Virus record (IMG/VR): IMGVR_UViG_2713896905_000007 | Span: 1-17,799 of that record | Strand: one strand, 5' to 3' | DNA: 17,799 nt | From: a virus | Taxonomy: Duplodnaviria > Heunggongvirae > Uroviricota > Caudoviricetes | In this document: positions 7,266 through 13,915 of the stretch, piece after piece | How positions within the stretch are numbered: position 1 is the first letter of the stretch | How the letters are laid out: the number at the start of each line of letters is the position of its first letter | The notes under the pieces: generated by a model | Database searches by the model: none | What the model saw: only the letters and a program-made list of their open reading frames with translations | What the model was told of the DNA's origin: nothing | Made by a program: the position numbers and the translations under genes

Positions 7266-7985
7266 TCATTGACTCACCTCCAGCGGCGGTTCTGGTAGCG
7301 GCATCCAGTGAGTTGCTTGCCCAAGGTCATTACCCGGACTAACTGCTATACCTCCGCGTCGGAACGTGTCTCCGATATAGCGTGCGGAATATATTAATGG
7401 CCCAGCCTCGCTGTCGATATTCACCGAAATAAGCACGTTCTGGCTCTTTTCAGGCATTCGCTCACTGCAGCTTATCCAACTATCCGGAGTTCCCGGAGAG
7501 TTGCCCGACAGCTCGTTCAACTTGTAAGTCTGGCTTACAGGTTCGTCACCATTAAGCATGGCGTTGCTCCGCTCTATACCATCCAGCGCGATTCGCAGTG
7601 CCTGAATTGTGGTAGTGCTATCGTTTGGGGCTATTCCATATCGCTCGAATACAGCGATATGACCGCGCATAATCTCAGGTGTAAGTTCTTTGTAAGCATA
7701 AGCAAGAGACGCTGATGCATTATCCGGCACAACCGACGCAGGCGCGGCAGCATAAACAGGAATAACGTCCGCTTGCTCTTTATTGCTTTCATCCGTTAAA
7801 GCCCAGAATAATTTCCCGGCCGGATGTTTGAAAATATAAGCAATTGGTTCTGCTTCCAGAGATGCCAGAGCAATTTTGAATAACTCACCCTCTACTCGTG
7901 CCACCCCTGAATTGGGGTGGCATTTCGCAATCGCTATTTTTAATTTAGCTTCTTCGATTAATTGCTCTTTTGTTAATTCAGTCAT
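7266..7985 (-). CDS. Phage protein with C-terminal DUF551-like domain, 239 aa
   Basis: The C-terminal segment (WISCSERMPEKSQNVLISV...THWMPLPEPP) resembles the DUF551 domain common in nin regions of enterobacterial prophages. ATG at 7985. Confidence 0.6.
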   Translation of the reverse strand: MTELTKEQLIEEAKLKIAIAKCHPNSGVARVEGELFKIALASLEAEPIAYIFKHPAGKLFWALTDESNKEQADVIPVYAAAPASVVPDNASASLAYAYKELTPEIMRGHIAVFERYGIAPNDSTTTIQALRIALDGIERSNAMLNGDEPVSQTYKLNELSGNSPGTPDSWISCSERMPEKSQNVLISVNIDSEAGPLIYSARYIGDTFRRGGIAVSPGNDLGQATHWMPLPEPPLEVSQ

Positions 7986-8143
7986 TTTTCATTACCGCCC
8001 TTTCGGGCGGCCTCCTGATGTTTTGAGGGTGCAGGAATCCCTCCTGTTAAGGATTAAATTTTATTTACAGTGCTGAGATTAATTATTCAGATTTGGATTA
8101 TGTTTTCTCTTTCACTTCACGCAGTCCTGATTGTTAATTTGGC

Positions 8144-8560
8144 TCACAGTATCACCTCCTGCAAACTTCCCTTCCAGAAAGCCAGCACCCGTTGCATAGC
8201 TTCGCTCTGGCGGCACTCGAGACAAATTATGTTCTGTCGTCTGTTGTAACGACGTATTTCGCCATCTGGCAATGAATAAATCAGGTCAGGGTCGCTCTTC
8301 TTTTTCACTGCCGCTCTCGACATTTTTTTGCAGGCTTTTATCCAGTCCTTACGAGCCTGCTCCGAAGGAAATATTCCATGTCCTGAACCATATACTGCGC
8401 CACTAACTACCAGCTCTTTCGCCAGAACTTCTATCAGGTGCCTCGTTGCTCCGGTTTCATCCTCCAGTTGCTTACGTGTTTTCCGCCCATCCCGCTGTAC
8501 CAGCTCCACAATGCGCGCCTTCAGTTGCTTCCTGTATTCAGGTGTAAAAACGTTTCCCAT
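8144..8560 (-). CDS. Hypothetical protein, 138 aa from ATG at 8560
   Basis: The ORF extends to 8617, but ATG at 8560 has GAGG 5 nt upstream and sits just past the stop of the upstream gene. No recognised motif. Confidence 0.5.
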   Translation of the reverse strand: MGNVFTPEYRKQLKARIVELVQRDGRKTRKQLEDETGATRHLIEVLAKELVVSGAVYGSGHGIFPSEQARKDWIKACKKMSRAAVKKKSDPDLIYSLPDGEIRRYNRRQNIICLECRQSEAMQRVLAFWKGSLQEVIL

Positions 8561-8567
8561 AAACGCC

Positions 8568-9329
8568 TCACTTTTCCGACACAACGCGACTGGAGGAATC
8601 GACAATCTGTCGGACAATATCCCTGTGTTTATTCAGCTCCCGCAGTGCGGCACAGACTCGCTCCCACTTCTGGACACGGTTTTTTGCCCGGCGCAGTTCG
8701 CGGTTTGCCAGATGCAGCGATGGTAAAGTCAGGTCATCGGCTCGCGTTTTGGTGAACGATGGCAACGACTGCACAATGTCCGCCACAGTTTCTGTTTTAA
8801 TTTCTTCCTGTATTGCAGCTTCCGGCGCTGGTAACGCAACACCCGCTGGCTGAGGAAAGGCTTTACCACCATTTCCCGTTACCGATGCGGCTTTCGGTTC
8901 TGCTGGTAAATCATCGCCCGGCAGGCAGTAACGGAATTTACCGTTCTGATTTACACGAATCAGGCGACCTTTGCTGATTGCCTGAGCCAGCGTTGAAGCT
9001 ACTTTGCGTGATGTGGTACCGAACAACGTAGCCAGTTCATCCGCCGTTTGTGGTCCGCGTTGTTCAATCGTCGCGGTTAAATCGCACTCTGAGATTTTCG
9101 CTACTGTTGCTGTGGTGGTTTCTTCCGGCAGCTCTGCCTGCGCTGGCTGTTCCTGCTGAACGTTGTTATCAGCCACACGCCAGGTGTACGCGCTCTTATC
9201 AACAAAACCAGCCTTTTTCAGTTCCCATAGTTCGTTAAGCACTTCTTCACGACTGATATCAAGTCGCGCCGCAAGTTCTATGGATGTGGCTTTTCCCATT
9301 GCTTTCAGTGCGTCAAAAACAGTCTCCAT
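8568..9329 (-). CDS. Hypothetical protein with two predicted winged-helix DNA-binding segments, 253 aa from ATG at 9329
   Basis: ATG at 9329 preceded by AGGAG with 9-nt spacing; an alternative ATG at 9380 lacks a ribosome-binding site. Two HTH-like segments ([28 protein letters not shown] and [29 protein letters not shown]) and a basic helical C-terminus. Confidence 0.55.
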   Translation of the reverse strand: METVFDALKAMGKATSIELAARLDISREEVLNELWELKKAGFVDKSAYTWRVADNNVQQEQPAQAELPEETTTATVAKISECDLTATIEQRGPQTADELATLFGTTSRKVASTLAQAISKGRLIRVNQNGKFRYCLPGDDLPAEPKAASVTGNGGKAFPQPAGVALPAPEAAIQEEIKTETVADIVQSLPSFTKTRADDLTLPSLHLANRELRRAKNRVQKWERVCAALRELNKHRDIVRQIVDSSSRVVSEK

Positions 9330-9351
9330 TAAATTTTTCTCCTGGTAAAAA

Positions 9352-10098
9352 TTACTTCGTGATTCCTGGCTGGACGACATTCTGGCGCCAGCTTTCCCAG
9401 TTAAAAGTCACCCAGCGCCCGCCGTTCATGGTCATGCGATCCATAATCCTCTCGCCGAGCAACGTTTTCATGGCCTCATAGTTCAGGTTTGTCAGCATCC
9501 CCATACTGCGCATCGATGCTGTCCGGCGATCAACAATCTGATGCAGCACCACCTGCTCGTTTTTCGTCTCACGCTGAATGCCAATTTCATCAAGAACCAG
9601 CAGATCCACTTCGCACAGTTCCCGCAAAAATTTTTCGCCTGACTGCCCGTCGTCATAGCTGGCGTGCAGGGCACTCATAACATCAGCCACAGTAACCACT
9701 ATCACTGTCTGGCCGTCTTTCAGCAGGCGATTTCCGATAGCCGCCGCCAGATGGTTTTTTCCGGTACCAGGTTTTCCGCTGAACGCGAAATTTGTGCATC
9801 CGGTCATCAGTTCATCAGCGATGGATTTCGCCTGACTTAACGCGTATCGCTGGCCGTCGTTCTGTACATGGTAATTCGCAAACGAGCATTTACGGTGCAA
9901 CGGCTGGATGCCTGAGCGATTCAGAATTTTTTCCACCCGCAACTGGCGATTCAGGCGGTTGATCTCCTCGCTACGCTTCTGGCCTTCAGCAAGTTGCCAC
10001 TCGCGCCACTCCGCTACCGTTCTGAATGGGGCGGTTACATGTGGCGGGGTCAGTCTGCGGATACGTTCCAGAACGCCGCCTGTCGCAATATTTTTCAT
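9352..10098 (-). CDS. DnaC/IstB-like helicase loader (replication protein P analogue), 248 aa
   Basis: Walker A motif [15 protein letters not shown] and Walker B motif LLVLDEIG. Starts 6 nt after the O-like gene. Confidence 0.85.
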   Translation of the reverse strand: MKNIATGGVLERIRRLTPPHVTAPFRTVAEWREWQLAEGQKRSEEINRLNRQLRVEKILNRSGIQPLHRKCSFANYHVQNDGQRYALSQAKSIADELMTGCTNFAFSGKPGTGKNHLAAAIGNRLLKDGQTVIVVTVADVMSALHASYDDGQSGEKFLRELCEVDLLVLDEIGIQRETKNEQVVLHQIVDRRTASMRSMGMLTNLNYEAMKTLLGERIMDRMTMNGGRWVTFNWESWRQNVVQPGITK

Positions 10099-10104
10099 GG
10101 TTCG

Positions 10105-11094
10105 TTACCCCCTGAACCCCGGCGGAATTTCGGTGTCCGGTTCAGAAATATGATTCACACAACGCTGTACAGGTGAACGCCCCAGGCGGATGACCAGTTC
10201 GTCCCATTTTTCGCGGAGCTTTGACGGGCTCATGATGTTTTTTACCCAGAATGGATCCCGCTGTACCCGCCCAAACATTTCGCAAATTTGTCTGTGAGTT
10301 CTGCCATCCAGCATCCGCATTGTGCGCACGTCATTGGCCCACGCGGTCCAGTTGGGTTCTTTCGGTCTCGTGATCTCGCCATCATCGCTGGCCGCCTGCT
10401 CGTAAAGACTCACGATTCGTCCCCAGATCCACTGTGCGCACGCCAAATCTTCCTGACTTCCCCACTGGCGTTTTTTCGCACTGAACACAACCGCATCAGG
10501 GTGTCGGGTTAAAAAATCCTGTTCAGCCGTCTGCGGGTCCGGTTGCGAAGCTTCCGGACGAGAAGTGTTTTTATTCTCTGTAGTAATCTCTGTTGTATTC
10601 TCTGTTGTATTCTCTGTTGTATTCTCTGTAAGATCATCAGGCCATTTTGACCCGATGACATTGGGTCGTTTTGAACCAATGGAGCGTGCCATTTTGACCT
10701 CTTCCATCGTGTCATTTTGACCTGATGGAGCGGCGCATTTTGACCTGATGGATTCGCTCACTTTGCCACCATCTAAAAGCTCACTCTCGTAATTAATCGT
10801 GTAAAAATTAGTCATATCACGCTTTGATTTGTTGAGCTTTTCGCAACGCAAAAGCCCCAGCGTTTTCAGACTTGCAAATGCACGTTTTAACGTTGATTCA
10901 GACCAGAACGGAAACTGTTCCAGCCATTGTTCCGTTGTGTTATAAATCCAGCGAACCCCGTCACATTCCACACCGGAATTGGTATCTCTCAACCAGTAAT
11001 GCAGCTGCTGTAACACAATGGCTTCGTTCAGACCTATTTCCATCGCCAGCTGAGTGTTAATAACCAGTGGGCGTTCAGCAAAAAGAAGACTCAT
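10105..11094 (-). CDS. Replication initiator (lambda O-like) with origin iterons embedded in its coding sequence
   Basis: Precedes the DnaC-like gene. Tandem repeats inside the ORF encode ENTTENTTENTTEITTEN, the arrangement seen at the lambda origin inside O. Start is uncertain: TTG at 11148 or ATG at 11136, 11094 or 11043; I chose 11094. Confidence 0.65.
   Translation of the reverse strand: MSLLFAERPLVINTQLAMEIGLNEAIVLQQLHYWLRDTNSGVECDGVRWIYNTTEQWLEQFPFWSESTLKRAFASLKTLGLLRCEKLNKSKRDMTNFYTINYESELLDGGKVSESIRSKCAAPSGQNDTMEEVKMARSIGSKRPNVIGSKWPDDLTENTTENTTENTTEITTENKNTSRPEASQPDPQTAEQDFLTRHPDAVVFSAKKRQWGSQEDLACAQWIWGRIVSLYEQAASDDGEITRPKEPNWTAWANDVRTMRMLDGRTHRQICEMFGRVQRDPFWVKNIMSPSKLREKWDELVIRLGRSPVQRCVNHISEPDTEIPPGFRG
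10573..10632. repeat. Five tandem 12-bp direct repeats (ATTCTCTGTTGT family)
   Basis: Read directly: attctctgtagt, aatctctgttgt, attctctgttgt, attctctgttgt, attctctgtaag. Confidence 0.9.
10643..10815. repeat. Second iteron family (CATTTTGACC, about 23-bp unit) plus adjacent AT-rich segment; putative replication origin
   Basis: CATTTTGACC at 10643, 10689 (as CCATTTTGACC), 10713 and 10736, with degenerate copies near 10666 and 10758. Several copies are followed by a GATG motif. AT-rich stretch at about 10785-10815. Confidence 0.65.
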
Positions 11095-11596
11095 AATTCC
11101 ATCCGGCTTTTTGTTGATATTGCTGACGATACGCATGCTTGAAAGCAATAGCTTTTTCTATAAGCTCGTCAGTCTCACGCTCCACAACAGCGGGATCTGC
11201 CAAAAGCAGACCGGACTCCACCACATCGCCATATTCTTTGTTTAACCCGGCGATCATGTATGTAATGCTTTTTCCGTCAGTAATTTCACGATACAACCTG
11301 AAATCACTTATCCGGATAGCCTCCATAATTGCCGGAATCAGCGCCGTGAATTTTTCCCGCTTATCCCTGGTATCAATAGCTTTCCAGCGTTCGAATATCT
11401 TCACCCGGTTGACGCCCAGCGCCCGTTGATCAACCGCGCCATCATCAAACGTGACGCGTTGAACATCGATGTTCGGGCGTTCTTTCAGAGCCCAGAATGC
11501 TTCCGTGATTAATATCGTCGCCTGCTCCTGTGTCATTCCTGGTCGGCATACCCAGGCATCCAGAGCCTCACAAACCTGTTCAGGGGTGATTTTCAT
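11075..11596 (-). CDS. Early protein in the cII position (possible CII-like or YdaT-like regulator), 173 aa
   Basis: ATG at 11596 overlapping the dicC-like stop. Lies between the cro-like and O-like genes. Functional call is by position only. Confidence 0.5.
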   Translation of the reverse strand: MKITPEQVCEALDAWVCRPGMTQEQATILITEAFWALKERPNIDVQRVTFDDGAVDQRALGVNRVKIFERWKAIDTRDKREKFTALIPAIMEAIRISDFRLYREITDGKSITYMIAGLNKEYGDVVESGLLLADPAVVERETDELIEKAIAFKHAYRQQYQQKAGWNYESSFC

Positions 11597-11807
11597 TGTT
11601 CAACCGCCCCGCCCGCTTTGCCTTACGATATTCGTCATAAACTTTGGGGTCGTACTGAAGTTCCCCGCCGGATGCCTCTTGCAGGCGCATCGCGCGACCT
11701 TCAGGAACAAGTTCCCCCCATGCAGCAACACTTGCCAGTTTCACTCCTGCGGCATTGGCAAGTTTTGTTTTGCTGCCAAAAAAAGTAATTGCGTCAACTT
11801 TAAGCAT
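11580..11807 (-). CDS. dicC: Cro-like HTH regulator (DicC-like), 75 aa
   Basis: Resembles recalled DicC (LK.DA..FGSKTKLA.AAG..LAS...W...VPEGRAMRLQEASGGELQYDPKVYDEYRK.KRAGRLNNENH). ATG at 11807 preceded by GAGGGGG. Divergent from the repressor gene. Confidence 0.8.
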   Translation of the reverse strand: MLKVDAITFFGSKTKLANAAGVKLASVAAWGELVPEGRAMRLQEASGGELQYDPKVYDEYRKAKRAGRLNNENHP

Positions 11808-11820
11808 CAAAACCCCCTCT

Positions 11821-11838
11821 TGTTAGATATTCCTAACA
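11821..11838. promoter_or_regulatory. Operator palindrome TGTTAG-N6-CTAACA between dicC-like and dicA-like genes
   Basis: tgttagatattcctaaca read directly. Overlaps the divergent promoter region (minus-strand TTGACT at about 11850-11855). Confidence 0.6.
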
Positions 11839-11887
11839 GTAATGTGCACGGGATACCTAAGTCAAGAAAAATTAGAATTACCTAACT

Positions 11888-12295
11888 ATGGATACAAGAA
11901 CCCTAGGCCAGCGAGTTCTGGCACGACGAAAAGAATTACGCCTAACACAACGAGAAGCTGCACGCCTCGCTGGGGTAGCTCACGTCACAATTTCACAATG
12001 GGAAAGAGACGAAACCCAACCGGTCGGGAAGCGGTTATTTGCTTTAGCTGATGCGCTGAAGTGCTCGCCTACATGGCTAATGTTTGGTGACGAAGACAAG
12101 GCACCAGTGCCAGCACAAGAACTTCATGTGGAAACCGAGTTAACTCCCAGCCACAAAGAATTGATCGAATTATTCGATGCTCTTCCCTCCTCCGAGCAGG
12201 AAGCCTTACTGTCTGAAATGCGCGCAAGAGTAGAGAATTTCAATAAACTCTTCGAAGAAATGCTTAAAGCACGTAAAAACAAATCAATAAAATAA
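11888..12295 (+). CDS. dicA: Prophage repressor, DicA-like (HTH XRE family), 135 aa
   Basis: Same length as DicA and strong similarity to recalled DicA (HTH ...TQREAARLAGVAHVTISQWERDETQPVGKRLFALADALKCSPTWLMFGDEDK..., C-terminal ...EMRARVENFNKLFEEMLKAR). Divergent from the cro-like gene. Confidence 0.85.
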   Translation: MDTRTLGQRVLARRKELRLTQREAARLAGVAHVTISQWERDETQPVGKRLFALADALKCSPTWLMFGDEDKAPVPAQELHVETELTPSHKELIELFDALPSSEQEALLSEMRARVENFNKLFEEMLKARKNKSIK

Positions 12296-12331
12296 CTCTC
12301 CTTTCAGATACTTAGATTCCCTCACTCTTTT

Positions 12332-12385
12332 TGTTAGATCAATCTAACAAAAAACACTTGCCACATTTGTTAGGTTATTCTAAAT
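12332..12385. promoter_or_regulatory. Operator pair and pL-like promoter downstream of the repressor gene
   Basis: Palindrome ttgttagat-ca-atctaacaa at 12331-12350 and a half-matching site tgttaggttattctaa at 12368-12383. Plus-strand TTGCCA (12358-12363)-17 nt-TAAATT (12381-12386) overlaps the second site. Confidence 0.5.
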
Positions 12386-12463
12386 TAATCTCCATCAAGA
12401 CACCGCACGGTGTTCTCAGCAAACAGTTCCGCTACCCCGGCGTTAAGGGGAAATGAGGTCAGC

Positions 12464-12619
12464 ATGGATACTATCGATCTTGGCAACAACGAATCTCTGG
12501 TGTACGGCGTGTTTCCCAACCAGGACGGCACATTCACCGCGATGACGTATACCAAAAGCAAAACGTTTAAAACCGAAAATGGTGCCCGTCGCTGGCTGGA
12601 AAGAAACTCAGGTGAGTGA
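12464..12619 (+). CDS. ydfA: YdfA-like small protein, 51 aa
   Basis: ATG at 12464 with GAGG 6 nt upstream. Length and position after dicA match ydfA of Qin. Identity is by position and length only. Confidence 0.6.
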   Translation: MDTIDLGNNESLVYGVFPNQDGTFTAMTYTKSKTFKTENGARRWLERNSGE

Positions 12620-12620
12620 T

Positions 12621-12749
12621 ATGGATTTCGACACAATCATGAAAAAGGCTTACGAAGAATACTTCGAAGGCCTTGCCGAAGGCGAAGAAACTCTCAGCTT
12701 CAGCGAATTTAAACAGGCGCTTTCCAGTTCGGCAAAATCTAACGGCTGA
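12621..12749 (+). CDS. ydfB: YdfB-like small protein, 42 aa (below ORF-track cutoff)
   Basis: My own translation: MDFDTIMKKAYEEYFEGLAEGEETLSFSEFKQALSSSAKSNG*. ATG lies 1 nt after the upstream stop, with GGTGAG upstream. Length and position match ydfB. Confidence 0.55.
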   Translation: MDFDTIMKKAYEEYFEGLAEGEETLSFSEFKQALSSSAKSNG

Positions 12750-12778
12750 TAAGCGAAACAACACCGCGAGGAATCAGT

Positions 12779-12997
12779 ATGCAGAAACGAGAACCCGTCA
12801 TCATCGCGCCAGACTATACCGATGATGAACTTTATGAGTGGATGCACCAGAAAATTAAGGCAGCGCAGAACCTGAAATGGGCCAATGAAGCCAGGGCTAA
12901 GCAGGCTGAAAATCTGTCCGCTCTGGAGCAGGATATCACCAGGCTGGAAAAAGCAGCGGCATTAAGCATTGCCAGAATGATTACATACCCGCGTTAA
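12779..12997 (+). CDS. ydfC: YdfC-like small protein, 72 aa
   Basis: ATG at 12779 with GAGGA upstream. Length and position match ydfC. Coiled-coil-like sequence. Confidence 0.6.
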   Translation: MQKREPVIIAPDYTDDELYEWMHQKIKAAQNLKWANEARAKQAENLSALEQDITRLEKAAALSIARMITYPR

Positions 12998-13338
12998 TAG
13001 CTAACCAACGAAGCTAAGGTTGGTAATTAAGGAGTTCTCCACGGGTGAGGTGGAGTGCGTGCGCCGGACACGGGTGAGCATCCGGCACTGACAGTTTACT
13101 GAAAGGATATTTCCCTGAAAAGTCAGGGCATAACGCGAAAGCGCACGGCGAGGTTTCTAGTTCACAGATAGCCTGTCGTTAAATTTTCGTCGACCGTGCG
13201 CTTCCGGTTGTGGCAATCCGCGAAATGGCGCGGCGGTAAGTATGGCGGGGTTATTCCTTCCCCCGTTGAGGACACCGGGTTGTCAGGTTGACCATACGCT
13301 TAAGTGACAACCACGCTGCAACGCCCTCTGTTATCAAT

Positions 13339-13396
13339 TTTCTGGTGACGTTTGGCGGTATCAGTTTTACTACGTGACTGCTCTGCCGCCATTTTT
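13339..13396 (+). ncRNA. dicF: DicF small regulatory RNA with terminator-like 3' hairpin and U-tract
   Basis: tttctggtgacgtttggcggtatcagttttactacgtgactgctctgccgcc followed by attttt is near-identical to my recollection of E. coli DicF (about 53 nt). Lies downstream of the ydfABC-like genes as in Qin. Confidence 0.8.
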
Positions 13397-13570
13397 AAAG
13401 TGAATTTTGTGATGCGGTGAATGCGGCTGAGCGCACGCGGAACAGTTAAAACTAAAAACAGTGTTATGGGTGGATTCTCTGTATCCGGCGTTAATTGTTA
13501 ACTGGTTAACGTCACCTGGAGGCACCGGGCACCGCATCAACAAAGTTCATTTGTAAAAATGGAGATAATT

Positions 13571-13792
13571 ATGATTGCTCATCACTTCGGAACTGATGAG
13601 ATTCCTCGTCAGTGCGTGACTCCCGGTGATTATGTTATTCATAAAGGAAGAACATATATTGCTTCGGTAAACAACATTAAAAAACAACGGCTCTATATTC
13701 GTGATTTTTCCACACAACACTGTATTAAGGAAACCATGATTAAAGTCTTCCTTGGTCGTGATGGTTTACCTGTAAAAGCAGAGTCATGGTGA
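13571..13792 (+). CDS. Hypothetical 73-aa protein in the dicB slot downstream of DicF
   Basis: ATG at 13571 with GGAG at 6-nt spacing; an upstream in-frame ATG at 13559 lacks a ribosome-binding site. Not recognisably DicB by my recollection. Confidence 0.55.
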   Translation: MIAHHFGTDEIPRQCVTPGDYVIHKGRTYIASVNNIKKQRLYIRDFSTQHCIKETMIKVFLGRDGLPVKAESW

Positions 13793-13915
13793 GCAGTAAT
13801 AAAATAACTGCCACAATACGACATTCAGCTTAATGAATACATCAGATTTGATTCTTATATGTCAGCAATGGCAGGGATTTGTTCACCCTTAAATCTGTAA
13901 TGAGGTTAAAACAAA

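Noticed and set aside
10509-10715. 68-aa minus-strand ORF with repeated QQRIQQRI
   Set aside because: Alternative-frame translation of the iteron repeats inside the O-like gene.
10573-10745. Repeat arrays as a possible CRISPR array
   Set aside because: Repeats are 12 and about 23 bp with no unique spacers, lie inside a coding sequence and translate to a repetitive peptide; these are replication-origin iterons.
13113-13128. boxB-like hairpin as an N-utilisation (nut) site
   Set aside because: No N-like arginine-rich antiterminator is recognisable in the early-left operon and no boxA-like element was identified; more likely part of the dicF precursor structure.
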